This document shows positions 17,107-38,960 of a DNA stretch of 64,000 bases, in pieces. The position numbers were made by a program, and so were the translations under genes. Each line of letters starts with the position of its first letter. The first letter of the stretch is position 1. The notes beneath the pieces were generated by a model. It saw nothing but the letters and a program-made list of their open reading frames with translations. It made no database searches and was not told the origin of the DNA. Source of the DNA: the human T2T-CHM13v2.0 reference genome, Homo sapiens; the NCBI RefSeq assembly GCF_009914755.1, contig NC_060929.1, one strand, 5' to 3'.

Positions 17107-17301
17107 TCTATGCATGACTTCTAAAAATAACACACTTATTGAAATCAGAAATCATGTTTAAATTATTTTCAACAGCATGTAGTACTATATTCTTCATATT
17201 CTTCATGCCAGTCTACTAATTTAATGATATTGTCTGACTATAATAGAGCCACATTCAAGCCAGAAAATTTCATCCTCTGTCTGAGTGAAGGAGGAGGTTC
17301 T
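17107..17301 (+). repeat. 195-bp dispersed direct duplication, copy 2
   Basis: Matches 16074-16268 with 4 substitutions by manual alignment. Confidence 0.95.
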
Positions 17302-18589
17302 GGATTTTTAACTATGAAGTCAGAGTGGCCCATCCAGTCAGTACTTACCCAGGGCTCCTGTCCTGGAGAAGCGATGGTTACATAGGCTCCCTCCCTGGGC
17401 AGGGCAAAACTGCCCAAGGCCCATTGCCCGCCAGGCAGGAGCCTCCTCCCCCAGGCACCTTCGCTCACTCACCCTAACCAACTCAGCCGTGGAGGAACTG
17501 GTGTCTTACCAAACCACCTCCTGACCCTTAGGCTCAGCAGCAATCCTGCCTCAGGAGCATTGCCAAGGCCTCCTTAAGAGGAGTCAGGGGAAAATTGTTT
17601 ACCAAGTATGACCTTGGAGACCTCCGGGCCCCAATGTGGCAATCAAAATCAACTGACTGAAAAACCAAGATTTGCCTTGAGTCCTCAATTCTCTCTATTC
17701 CCCATGCTCTGCCTAAATCAAATGAATCTATTCAGTGTCCTCAGAACCCAACTCTTCCCTTGGTGCATATGACTCTGCATCCTGGGATTCTGCACACTTC
17801 TGCTTTCACCCAAATCCTACCAGTCCTTCACCACTCAGACTAAATGACTCATCTCTCTTGGAGCTTACCATATTCACCACCTCAAATCTCTCCCTTCCCT
17901 GAGCTCCTCATATAATGCCCATATATCCCCATTATGTGTCTCATTGACTCAATTCAGTATTAATTTCCTTGAAGACAAGTTTGATGCTTTACATTGCTTT
18001 CAAACATAGTATACTTCATGTATTAACATTTATTTCTTTATACTCTGTTTTTTATTCACAATAAATTTAAAAGGAAAATGCATTTATTTATCAATTCATT
18101 CAAAAATTATCTACTGAGCAATGAGTGCTGTTCTACATACCACAGGAAATAAAACAAGAAACATTTAAGATGATTTGTATCCACTTAAGGGGTCATAATA
18201 TAATATAGAAGAAATAGCTGTGCCATTACTAGCTTTGTGACCTTGAAGAGCTTTCTTGATATGCTTGCACCTTAGTTTCCCTTCAGTAAGATGATATTAT
18301 TATGGCTTATCCTGTGGTTCTCTTTTGCAGATTAATGACACAGTGTATATAAAGTGCTTGGCATATGGTAGACATTCACTCAATGCTAGTTAGTGTTACT
18401 GGAACACAAACATAGGTGCATATGTGTGGTTATACAAGCATAAAGAAAAGGATGGAAAGGTTCACCTCAAACTGATTATGGTAATGCTGCTTATTGGTTG
18501 AGGGGTGTTGAATATGGGAAGGAGGTGGGAAGACTGATAACTTTTTCTTCATACAACAACAGGGTTTCATTTGTTGTAATTAGCATATA

Positions 18590-19065
18590 TTTATTTTAAG
18601 AGATTTATTGAGGTATAATTCACATATCATACAATTCACACACTTAATATGTACAACTCAATAGCTTTTAATATATTCATAGATTTGTGCGTCCATTATT
18701 TTAGAATATTTCCATTACCCCCCAAAATAATTCATGCCAGTTTGCAATCACTCCTCATTCTCACCCTCAACTCCAGGCAAGCAGAAATATATTTTTTGTC
18801 TTGATAGACTTGCCTTTCTAGACATTTCATATACGGACTCTTACAACATGTGGTCTTTTGTGTCCAGCTGGTTTCCCTTAATAATGAAGCTTCATCAATG
18901 TAGTAGCATGGATCATTTATCATCCTTTTTTATGGCTAAAGTTCCTTTGTGTGAATATGCCACATTTTCTCATCCATTCATCTGTTGATGATCATTTGGT
19001 TTGTTTACACCTTTTGCCTATTTCATATGAATAATGCTGTTATGAAATATTTGTGTATGAGTTTT
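18590..19065 (-). mobile_element. Old L1 (L1MB/MC-like) 3' end
   Basis: Antisense L1 3'UTR: TTTATTGAGGTATAATTCACATATCATACAATTCAC...CATCCATTCATCTGTTGATG. Confidence 0.7.
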
Positions 19066-19427
19066 GTGTGCACATATTGATTGCTGTAATTCCAAGGAAA
19101 ATAAAATAAAATATTTTAATAAAAACAAAGAGGCTAACCATACACTTCTAAAACCTAAAAAAGATTACCATCTTCTACAGATGATGTCACTGCTCTGTAA
19201 AGCTGAAGAAGAACCAGGAAAGAGAAATAATCTGACTAGGTATACAGAGCTCACAAATTGGTTGCCACCTGTTAAGGTATTTGGGCAACATAGTGGTTGA
19301 TTTTTTACAAAAATTTTGCTGATAGGTTAACATCAGTAGGATTCACATGAAAATCTAAATTTTTATCTTTTCGGAAAGTTCAAAATATATGTCAACATTC
19401 TTTCAAATAAAATCAGTGGTGGGATGA

Positions 19428-19725
19428 GGGCAGGCGTGGCGGCTCATGCCTGTAATCCTAGCACTTTGGGAGGCTGAGATGCAAGGATGGCTTGAGCCCA
19501 GGAGGTCAAGACCAGCCTAGGCAACATAGGGAGACTCTGTCTCAAATAAAAAATTAGCCAGGGGTGGTGGCACATGCCTCTGGTCCCAGCTACTTGAGAG
19601 ACTGAGGTGGTAGGATCACTTGAGCCTGGAAGGTTGTGGCTGCAATAAGCCATCATTGCATCACAGCACTCAAGCCTGGGTGACACAGCAAGACCTTGTC
19701 TTGAAAAAATAAGTAAATAAATAAA
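19428..19725 (+). mobile_element. AluJ-type element
   Basis: Dimeric Alu with J-type GGATGGCTTGAGCCCAGGAGG. Confidence 0.85.
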
Positions 19726-20161
19726 TCAGTGGGAACTGAGCAGTAGACCCTCCCCTAGAAGGAACATGCATTTTTTTCACCAAGCCAGCCCCTATTTGCA
19801 CATTACGCCCCTGTCCTGTAGGCATTGGGATGTGCGTCCCTGGGTTCTTCAGAAGAGGGCAGGGGGGAAAGGTTGGACAATCCAGGATAGGATATTTGAT
19901 TTGGAAGCAACTTTTGAAGTCCTTTCCTGATTCACAGAACTTCTCTGCACCAGCACCCAAGCATGGCCACTCAGCTCCTGTTGAAAGCCTTGGGGAAAGG
20001 GAGATCACTGTCCCCTGGTCAACTTCCTCACCTTTGTACATTCTTCCTTACACTTAGCCAAATTCAGTCTCTCACAGGCTTCAATGTGTCCATGTTTATT
20101 CTTACCTTTGGAATCACAAGTAAAGTTAAATTCCATCTTCCACATAGTAGCCCTTCAAATC

Positions 20162-20356
20162 TCTCTCTCTCTTTTTTTTTTTTTTTTTTTGAGATGGAGT
20201 CTTGCTCTGTTGCCCAGGCTGGAGTGCATTGGTGCAATCTTGGCTCACTGCAACCTCTGCCTCCCGGGTTCCCGCCATTCTCCTGCCTCAGCCTCAACTA
20301 CTGAGATCAAGTGATCCTCCTGCATGATCCTCAGGCATGAGCCACCATGCCCAGCC
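20162..20356 (-). mobile_element. Internally deleted Alu
   Basis: Poly-T and right arm joined to a remnant of the left arm. Confidence 0.75.
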
Positions 20357-21589
20357 TGAGTTTCTAATTTTTAATTGTGGTAAAAATATATGTACCATAA
20401 AATTTATTATCTTAGTCCTTTTTAAGCATATAGTTCGGTAGTGTTAAGTATATTCCCATTGTTTTGCAACAATCACTTTTGAATAGCAATAGACCACTCT
20501 TCCTCAACCTCCATAATAAGATTTTAACTAGAAAAACAATATTGTATTACCCTTTATACTTTTTGTAACTCTTGGATTGAAAATATACTGGTAACAAGGG
20601 CATTGATTAAATGGATCATATATTGCAATCATCAAGGCAAATTTATTTTTCTCTATCACTGTCCTTCTAAAACCAATGGCAGTTGTCCTTTCCCATATCC
20701 GGGATGAAACTTGAGCAGATTTCACAACTTCTTTTCATCTCTTATAGATAACAGATAGTCTTATGGATATTTTAAGAACCACAGAAAAATTTAATTAGTT
20801 GTCCATGACCAAAAAATTAACAGAGTGGACGAGCCATAATTAAAACAAAATTCCTTTGTTCTGAGTGCAAAACCCACATACTCTACTAAAAGTAGATGGC
20901 AATGCAAGAAATGAGATAGCAGATAGCAAAGAAATGAGCTATAAGCAAAAGTGGCCACCACTGGCTTCTGCAGATGGCTCTGCACTGAGGGGAACGGTTT
21001 GAGGAGTTCATTCATTGTAATTGCTACATATAATTTCATGGCATGAACATACCACTATTTAATCATCATTTTTAAAGAACAAAGCACTTCAAACACTGCG
21101 CCCATGAACATATTTATGCAGGGCTCTTGTGCCTCTGTGCAGAGGTTTCTCTGGATTGTTTATCAGAGTGAAGTCCTGGGTCGGGGGATGGGGATCTGCA
21201 ACACCGAAAAATATTCTAAATTGCTGGAGTTTGTTTTGTTTTCCTGTTTTTACTTTTTACAACTTTTAAATGTTTGCTAATCAGATGAATATAAAATTGT
21301 ATCTCATTGTTATCTGAATTTGCGTTTCACTGATTATGAGTGAGGTTGACATCTTTTCACATGGCTTATTATCCATTGTTTTATGATGAAATGATCTGCC
21401 CATATATTTTTCCACTTTATTAGATACTTGTCCTAAAAGAGCTGTAGGATCTGTACACTAATCTACCGTTACTTAAGTACATTGCAATGTCTTCTCATCT
21501 CTATTTTGAATTTTCCCCTTATTTATGAGGTGTGAGTGTGTATGTGTGTTTCTGTGGTTTGACTCTTGTCAAAAAAATGAATCTCAGCA

Positions 21590-24500
21590 GAGTGATGTCA
21601 GCAAGATGGCTGACTAGAAGCCTTTACTGCTCATCTCCTCTACAAAGACAGCCAAAACAATGAACAACTCTATTTTGATGAAAATAACTGAAGGAGCGTG
21701 CTGGAGTACTTCAAAGGAGTAGCAGAAACTCCGTAGAGCACATAAATTCAGGCAACGCGGTAGAGAACTGAAGAAAACGCCTGGCCTCCCCACCCTATTA
21801 CCCAACCAGGATCAGCTCAGAACAAGGAGGAACCTTTCCCTGCAGGGAAAAGGTGAGCAAGAGGGTTCCAGAAGACCTTATCAACACCTTGGACACCTAC
21901 AGTCCTCACCACTGGGACCCCTGCCGTCTTTGAAGGCACTAAGCCCCTCTGGGAATCTCAGAAGGGAATCCTGTGCTCTCCCCAGAGAAGGAGCCACATT
22001 ATGGCCCCACCAGCCACATGGCCTATGTGGCTCCCGCACTATACCATCTTGGAACTGACCCACTGCTGAAGTGTGTCCTTCTCCAGAGCAAGTGGCCATG
22101 GCACCCTTCCATCCCTGAGGCTAAGCCACTACTGAACCACCCCTGCCAAATGATCTGCCCATCCATGAGCCAAACTGCTGCTACACCCTACCCTATGGGG
22201 CCAAGCAGCTGTGGGACTCCTCATATAACCACCACCCACCCCCCAGTCGCTGCTGCACCCTGCCCCTCAGGGCCTGAGCTGAAGCCATGCACTGCCCCCC
22301 CAGGGAAACAGTGTCTTAGGAAAGCTGCTCCATTTATGCCTCCCAGTCACTGCCCCATCAGGGCCCAAGCTGAAATGGCACCCTGTGTCCTGAGAAAACA
22401 GTACCTTGGTCACCCACAGCAGCCACGCTCCCCTGTGCCTAAGCTTCAGCAGCATACTGCATCCCAAGGAAACAATGTCTTGGCCACTCAGAGCAGCCAC
22501 ATACATTCTGGGCCTGAGCTGAAGCAGCATGCCACCTCCCAGGGAATCAGTTACTTGGCTGAGCTGAGCAGCCATGTATTCAGAAGCTGAGCTGACATGG
22601 TACCCCACATTCCATGAAAACAGAGCAGGGGCTGATCTGAGACACCCACACTACAGGCCAAACAGCTCTAGTACCCTGCTTCCCTGGAACTGGACAAGCT
22701 TCCTAGAGTCTGAGCTGCTGAGACACCTCCTCCTTAAGGAATAGAGTCACTGCCACCCAGGGCCCAAGCAACAACTGTGCTCCACCATTCCAGACTTTTG
22801 CTGCCACTTTCACCTGGCCTCAGAGTCTGAGTTACTGCTGAGTCCTACCATCCCAAAGTCCAGACTCACCTCTAACAATGCATTATCATGTGGGACATGA
22901 GTTGCCGCTATGCCCTACTGGCTCTAATTCTTGAGTTGCAGCTGTACCCTGCTCCCCAGGCCCAAATCTCCAGAGCATCTCTTCTTCCCTAGAGCCAGGC
23001 CAGTGTTGTGCCCTACCTCCCAAGGTCCTAATCACAACTACAGCCTGACACCCTGGCTCAAACTGCTGGGGGCTGGGGTTCTCGGAATCACAGACTCTGG
23101 CAATCTGCATTCAACCCTAACTCAGAGGGGGAGCCTACACCCAAGACCCAGGTGCCACAATAGGCTTGCAAGATCCTTGAGGCTAGGGACCCAACTACAC
23201 AGCTACTCTGAGCACCTGAACCCTGGAACCCACTGTTGCTGAAACTGCTTGTAGGCCATGTCAGACCTAACACCAAGAGGAACTCTCTTGGCTAAGTCTG
23301 CCCATTGTGGGGAAAACTAGAATAGGAGGACCCCAAAAGGTCTTGCCACCAAAGACCCTAACAATCTGTGCTGCCCCCATCACTGCCACAAATTCCTACA
23401 GCCTAGGCCACTGAGGCACCCACAGTCTTCACTGACATTGATTGCAGCTGAAGAAGCTGCACAAAGTCTATACCTCTGCATGTACTGAGAACCAGAGCCA
23501 CCACAGCCTTCACAACTGGCACACCAAAACCAGCATGCAGATGAAAGTCTTTTTGTATGAAAGCCACTCTGTAAAGTTTGTAAGAGGTGATTATTCCACT
23601 AGATTTGCAGACATAAACACAGGAACACAAGAAACATGAGAAAGGAAATATGACATCACCCAAGGAAAACAACTCTCTTGTAGCTGACCCCAAAGAAAAG
23701 GAAATTTACAATCTGACTGAAAAGAAATTCAAAATAATTATCTTAAGAAAATTCAGCAAGATACAAGAGGATACAGATAGAAAATTTCACAAAATCAGTA
23801 AAATAATTTCTTGTCTGAAAGAGAAATTTAACAAGAGAAAGATGTCATAAAAAAGAACCAAATGAAAATCTTGGAGCTAAAAAACTCAATGAGTCAAATA
23901 AAAGACAATATAGAGCTTCAACAGCAGACTAGATCAAGTAGAAGCATCTCTGATCTTGAAGACAGATCTTTTGAAATTGCTCAGTCAGAGGAAAAAAGAA
24001 ATAGTAAGAATGAAAAAGAGTGAAGACAGACTAAGGGACTAATGGGACATCGTTAACCAAACAAATGTTTGCATTATGGGAGTTCCAGAAGGAAAAGAGG
24101 AAAAAGACAGGGGCAGAAAGTTAATTAATTAAATTATTGCTTAAAAACTTCCAAGTCTTGGAAGAGATGTAAGCATCCAGATACATAATGCTCAAAAGTC
24201 CCCAAACAGATTTAATCCAAAGAGGTCCTCACTGAGGCACACTATAATTCCACTGTCAAAAATCAAAGACAGAGAATTTTAAAAGGAATAACAGAAAAAC
24301 ATCAAGTCATATATGAGGGAATCTCAATTAGAGTATCAGCAGATTATTCAGCAAAAACTCTGCAGGCCAGGACAGAATGGGATGATATATTCAAAGTATT
24401 GAAAGAAAACTGCCAGCGAAGAATATTATATCAAGCAAAGCTGTCTTTTAAAAATGTAAGAGAAATAAAGTATTTCCCAAACAAGCAAAAGTTTAGGGAC

Positions 24501-24685
24501 TTAATCACCACTAGACTTGCTCTACAGAAAATGCTTAATGGAGTTCTTCAAGTAGAAATTAAAGGGCTATAATTACCAACATGAAAACATATGAAAGTAT
24601 AAAATTCGCTGGTAAAGGTAAGTACATAGACAAATCCAAAATACCTCAACATGCATATGATGCTCTATAAAACATGTATATCTCT
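21590..24685 (+). mobile_element. Old L1 (L1M/L1PB-age) 5'UTR and decayed ORF1; continues at 31149-31750
   Basis: Starts GATGTCAGCAAGATGGCTGACTAGAAG; long GC-rich 5'UTR; ORF1-like MTSPKENNSLVADPKEKEIY...FKIIILRK at 23650. Confidence 0.8.
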
Positions 24686-25282
24686 TTTTTCTGATTGAAT
24701 TGTTTATTTCTTCAATAATTTGAGCATATGTTATCTAACTGAATGAATATATATTATTACTCATGTTAAGCAGACAGACAACTCAGGCTTAAAGAAAATG
24801 CATGACTTGCCCATATTTGTTCAGCTAGTGAAGAACAGAGGTAGAATTTGAACTTAGGACTTCTTTTTTCCACATCACTATTCTAAAAGCATTTTCCATA
24901 CTGTTCCCAGTATCCTGGGAAAAAGAAAGATAGGAAACTAATGTTTCTGAACCCTCTGGTAGTATTTGCCCATATTATCTCACTTGCTGTATTTTTTGTT
25001 TTTTGTTTTTTGAGACAGAATCTTGCTCTGTTACCCAGGCTGTAGTGCTGTGGCGTGACCTCGGCTCACTGCAACCTCCACCTCCTGGGTTCAAGCGATT
25101 CTCCTGACTCAGCCTCCTGAGTAGCTGGGACTACAGGCATGGACCACCACACTGGGCTAATTTTTGTATTTTTAGTACAGACGGGATTTCACCATGTTGG
25201 TCAGGCTGGTCTGAAACTCCTGACCTTGTGATCAGACTGCCTCACCCTCCCAATCACTTGCTATTTTTTTTTCTTCCCATTC
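24686..25282 (-). other. L1 3'-transduced segment (MIR remnant plus Alu) with its own AATAAA and a short poly(A)
   Basis: Lies between the L1PA tail and the TSD TAAAACATGTATATCTCT (24668-24685 = 31149-31166); TTTATT at 24703-24708 next to the T-run. Confidence 0.8.
24991..25253 (-). mobile_element. 5'-truncated AluS inside the transduced segment
   Basis: Antisense Alu flanked by TCACTTGCT on both sides. Confidence 0.85.
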
Positions 25283-31148
<5,866 letters not shown>

Positions 31149-31750
31149 TAAAACATGTATATCTCTAGTATAAAGGCTAAAAGTCAAAATGGTAAATAAT
31201 AGTGATTGATATAAGTTGTTAAAAATATATATATTACAAAAAGATATAAATTGCGCATCTAAAATATAAGTTAGGGGGTAATAGTCTAGAGTTTTGTATG
31301 CAACTGAAGGTAAGTTATTACCAAGAAAAAATAGTCTATTGTAACTATAAGATGTTTCATGGTAACCACAAAGCAAGAAACTGTAACAGATATAGATATG
31401 ATAAAGGGAAGGGAATCAAAACTTAGCAATAAAAAATAAAACAAAACACAAAGATAAACAAGAGAGAAAGAAGGATCTACAAAACCAGAAATAAAAACAA
31501 CAACAACAAAATGGCAGTAGCAAATCTTTACCTATCAAGAATTACTTTTAATGTAAAGGATTAAATTTTTCAGTAAAGACATAGAGTGGCTGGATGTATT
31601 TTTTTAACTCAACTATATGCTGCCTTACCAGAGACCTACTTTAGCCTTACAAATACACAAAGGCTGAAAGTAAAGGGATGGAAAAAGATATTCTATGCAA
31701 TTAATAACCAAAAGAGAGCAGAGGTGACTATACTTATATCAGATAAAATG
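31149..31750 (+). mobile_element. Continuation of the old L1 (inter-ORF region and ORF2 start)
   Basis: ATGGCAGTAGCAAATCTTTACCTATCAAGAATTACTTTTAATGTAAAGGATTAAAT and a 'LKVKGWKKIFYA' endonuclease remnant. Confidence 0.8.
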
Positions 31751-33085
31751 TGCTTTTCTGTTATATTCATTGATTCATGGGCCTATCCCTTTGCCAATAC
31801 TTGCCAATCAATCAACATGATTGATTACTGTTGCCTGATAGTGAGTCTTAAAATCAGTTAGTGAGTACTCCCATTTTCTTCTTTTTCAGAATTGTTTTAA
31901 CTACCCTAGTTCCTTTGCTTTTTCATACAAATTTTAGTCAGCTTGTAAATGTCTATTTAAAACCCTTTCTGGAATTTTTATGAGAATTGCATCAAATTTA
32001 TAGATCAATTTGGGGAGAATTGACATTTTTACTATGTTGAGTCTTCCCATCCATGAACACAGGGTGTCCCTCCACTTATTTAAGTCTTCTTTGATTTCTT
32101 CCATGTACATATCTGTGGTTTCATCACACAGATCTTGGACACATTTCGTTTAGATTTATACCTAAACATGTCTTTTTCTGAGCTATTAGCTATTGTTAAT
32201 AGAGCTGTTCCTCAAGTTTCTGTTTCCAGTCCTACCTTGTGAATATATAGAAATATGATTGTTTTTTGTGTGTTGATGTTGAATCCTGTAGCATTACTCA
32301 ACTTATTTACCAGTTTTTCATAGATTCCTTTGGATTTTTACATAGAAAATCATGTTATCTGTGAATAGGGACAGTTTCATTTCTTTCTTTGCAATCTATA
32401 CATCTTTTATTTTTTTTGTTCTTGCATTATTGCACTGGATAGGATTTTTTTGCACGATTTTAAATAAAAGTGGTGAGAGTAGATATCCTTGCATTTTTCT
32501 TGATTTTAATGGTAAAGCATTCAGTCTTTCACCATTACATATGATGTTAGCTTTAGGGGTTTTTTGTAGATGCCTTTATCAGATTTAGAAAGTTTCATTC
32601 TATTAGTGTGCTGAGATTTTTATCATAAATAGATTTCTAATTTTGTCGTGCTTTACTTCATCAATTTACGTGATCATGTGGTTTTCCTTCTTTGGACTCT
32701 TGATATACAGAATTACATTAAGTAATTTTTGAATGTTGAGACACCCTTGAATTCCTGGCATGAACCCACTTTAGTTGTAGTGTGTTCTTATTTTTATATA
32801 TTTATGAATTTAATTTACTAATAATTTGTTGAGAATTGTCTATGCTTATGAAATATATTGGTCTGCATTTTAATTTTCTTGAGCTATCTAGTTTTGGTAT
32901 CAGTGTAATACTGGCATTATGTAATAAGTTGGAAGAGTTCCTCCTCTTCTATTATTGGAAAGTGATCATGAAACTTAAAGCTTTTTGTTAGGTGTATGCA
33001 CATTTGAGATTTTAATCTTATTGATGAATTAACTCTCCTATGATTATATAACATCCTTAATTATCCCAGGCAATTTTCTTTGCTC
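31750..33085 (-). mobile_element. Ancient L1 ORF2 remnant; further pieces continue between later insertions to about 41490
   Basis: Antisense ORF2 motifs (TAGATCAATTTGGGGAGAATTGACAT, AAAGCATTCAGTCTTTCACCATT). Confidence 0.7.
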
Positions 33086-33098
33086 TAAAGTTCATTTT

Positions 33099-35088
33099 AG
33101 GAAGAGAGGAAGTCAAACTATCCCTGTTTGGAGATGACATGATCCTATATCTAGAAAAGTCTATCATCACAGCCTAAAAGTTTTTTAAGCTGATAACAAC
33201 TTCAGCAAAGTCTCAGGATACAAAATCAGTCTGCAAAAATTGCTAGCATTCCTATACACCAACAACAGTCAAGCTGGGAGCCAAATAATGAATGATCTCC
33301 CATTCACAATTGCCACAAAAAGAAGAAAATACCTAGGAATACAGCTAACTGGGGAGGTGAAAAATCTCTACAAGGAGAACTATAAATGACTGCTCAAAGA
33401 AATAAGAGATGACACAAACAAATGGAATAACCTTTCATGCTCATGAATAGGAACAATCAATATCATTAAAATGGCCATACTGCCCAAGTTGATTTATAGA
33501 TTCAATGCTATTCCCATTAAACTAACATTGACATTCTTCACAGAACTAAATAAAGCTATTTTAAAATTCATATGGAACCAAAAAAGAGCCCAAATAGCCA
33601 AGGAAACCCTAAGCAAAAGAACAAAACTGAAGGCATCACACTACTCGACTTCAAACTATACTACAGTGTTACAGTGACTACAACAGGATGGTGCTGGTAC
33701 AAGAACAGACACGTAGACCAATGGAATGGAATAGAGAACCCAGAAATAAGACCGCATACCTACAACTCTCTGATCTTCAACAAACCTTACAAAAACAAGC
33801 AATGGGGAAAGCATTCCCTATTCAATAAATGGTGCTGGGATACTGGCTAGCCATATGCAGAAGACTGAAATTGGACCCCTTCCTTACACCATATACAAAA
33901 GTTAACTCAATATGAATTAAAGACTTAAATGTAAAACCTAAAACTATAAAAACCCTGGAAGACAACCTAGGCAATACCATTCAGAACATAGGAATTGGCA
34001 AAGATTTCTTGACAAAGACACAAAAAGCAACTGCAACAAAAGCAAAAATTAACAAATGGGATCTAATTAAATTAAAGAGGTTCTGCACAGCAAAAGAAAC
34101 TATCAACATAGTAAACAGACAACCTACAGAATGGGAGAAAGTCTTTGCAAGCTATGCATTTGACAAAGATCTAATATCCAGCATCTATTAATATATGGAA
34201 CTTAAATAAATTTCAAGAAAAAACAACCCCTTTGAAAAGTGGGCAAAAGACTTGAACAGACACTCCTTAAAAGAAAACACATGTGGCCAATATGCATATG
34301 AAAAAAAAAAAGCTCAACATCACTGATCATTAAAGAAATGCAAATCAAAACCATGATGAAATACCACCTCACACCAGTCAGAATGGCTATTATAAAAAGG
34401 CAAAAAATAACAGATGCTGGTGTGGCTGGGTAGAAAAAGGAATGCTTTTACACTGTTGGTAGGAGTGTAAGTTAGTTCAACCATTGTGGAAGACAGTGTG
34501 GCAATTCCTCAAAGAACTGAATACAGCAATACCATTCAACCCAGCAATCCCATTACTGCGTATATATACCCAAAGGAATAGAAATTGTTGTATTATACAG
34601 ACACATGCACGTGTACATTCATTGCAGCACTATTCACAATAGCAAAGACATGGAATCAACCTAAATGCTCATCAACAATAGACTGGATAAAGAAAAGGTG
34701 GTACATGTATACCATGGAATACCATGCAGCCATAAAAAAGATGAGATCATGTCCTTTTCAGGGGCATGGATGGAGCTGGAGGCCATTATCTTTAGCAAAC
34801 TAATGCAGGAACAGAAAACTGAATACTGCATGTTGTCACTTACAAGGGATGGGAACTAAATGATGAGAACACATGAACACATAGATGGGAACAACACACA
34901 CTGGGGCCTATCTGAAGGTGGATGGTGGGAGGAGGGAGAAGATCAGGAAAAATAACTAATGGGTACTAGACTTAATACCTGAGTGATTAAATAATCTATA
35001 CAACAAACCCCCACGACACGAGTTTACCCATGTAACAAACCTGCACATGTAACCATGAACTTAAAAGTTTTTGAAAAAGAAAAATAAA
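33099..35088 (+). mobile_element. 5'-truncated L1PA (older subfamily), ~2 kb
   Basis: ORF2 C-terminal fragments ([17 protein letters not shown]), 3'UTR and A-tail; TSD TAAAGTTCATTTT at 33086-33098 and 35089-35101. Confidence 0.9.
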
Positions 35089-35169
35089 TAAAGTTCATTT
35101 TGTCTGATATTATAGTAGCCACTCCACCTTTTCTTTTATTAGTGTTTACATGGTATATAATTTTTCATC

Positions 35170-37460
<2,291 letters not shown>

Positions 37461-37830
37461 TGTAATTTTTTAATTTTACCCTGACTATATATATGAAATG
37501 AACCTATTTAAATACAGTTGGATAATGTTTTTTAAATTGGCCTAACTATATCTTTTACTTCATGTGTTTAGACTATCTACACTTTATATAATTATTCACA
37601 TTTGGATTTGTAGCTACTATATTATTATTTGTTTTCATTGATCCATTTGTTTTTCTCCCTCTGTTTCCCCTCTCCTGCTTTCCTTTGGGTTATTTGAACA
37701 ATTTTAATATTCCACTTAATTTATCTATTGTGATTTTAACTATATTAATTTGCATAGTTTTTTGTGGTTGTTCTAGGGATTACAGTATACATACTTAACT
37801 TTTCACAGTCTGCTTAGAATCAATATTTTA

Positions 37831-38119
37831 GGCCAGGCACAGTGGTGCATGCCTGTAATCCCAGCACTTTAGGAAGCCGAGGTGGGTGGATCAATTGATA
37901 TCAGGAATTTGACTGTCCTGGGCAACAAGGTGAAACCCCATTTCTACAAAAAAAAAAATAGCTGGGCATGGTGGCACACACCCGTAGTCCCAGCTACTTG
38001 GGAGGCCAAAGTGGGAGGACTGCTTGAGCCTAGGAGGTTGAGGCTTCAGTGAGCCTAGATCACACCACTGCACTCCCACCAGGGCAACAGAGCAAGACCC
38101 TTCTCAAAGGAAAAAAAAA
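37831..38119 (+). mobile_element. AluJ-type element
   Basis: Dimeric Alu; TSD-like ATCAATATTTTA on both flanks. Confidence 0.85.
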
Positions 38120-38229
38120 GCATCAATATTTTACCATTTCAAGTGGAATGTAGAAGCCTTACCATCATAGAGGTTCTTTTACTATTTTCTCTTTATGTCA
38201 TAGTTGTCTTACATGTTACTTCTATATAC

Positions 38230-38804
38230 AGTTAATCTTTATTATTTGCAGATTTTGCATTTGTGAATTTGCCTACTAACTAGAATTATTTATAACCCCA
38301 AAATCAATATTCACAGTGCTTTTTTGCAAGTCATTCACAGGACATGGGTAGAGTAGAAAAATATTTGAGTCATACAAAGTGCACATTCCTAGCTAATGGT
38401 AAACAAGGTGATGTTTTTTCTTCCTGTTTCAGGTTTCATAAAGAAATGACCAGAGATTTGAGATGACAGGCAACAGTGATATGTAGTAGAAGAAGCTCCA
38501 GATCTGGGGCCAGTCGAATGAGATTTAAACTCCAGATTTGAAAGTCCGTCAGTGTGGCAACCTCAGGCAAGTCACTTAACACTCTTGAACCTTTTTCTCT
38601 TTTGTAAAATAAAGAAAATTAAATCTATTAAAATGTATTATTGTTAGGATTTAAGATTACAATCTATGCGATATATATATTACTAGATAAATACGTGTGT
38701 GTGTGTATGTGTATAAAATCTAGGAGCAGTGGTTCAATATTCACTAATTCAGTGTTCACAGTGACTTAATAGAACATGATAACCATGAATAATGAGAATC
38801 AACT
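38230..38804 (+). mobile_element. MER6-like TcMar-Tigger DNA element
   Basis: TA-CAGTTAATCTTTATTATTTGCAGATTTTGCATTTGTGAATTTGCCTACT...ACCCCAAAATCAATA and terminal ...GAATAATGAGAATCAACT. Confidence 0.65.
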
Positions 38805-38960
38805 TTACATTGAAAACCTCATCAAACAATGTTATAATTTTTGTTTTCAATTGTAAAATATATTTTAGAGAGCTCAAGAGGAGAAGATGCACTATTATAT
38901 TTACCAAGATATTTAGTATTTCCATCGCTCTTCCTGCATTTTTGAAGTTCCAAGTTTTCT

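Noticed and set aside
21973-22590. 205-aa Pro-rich ORF
   Set aside because: Lies in the GC-rich, internally repetitive 5'UTR of an old L1.
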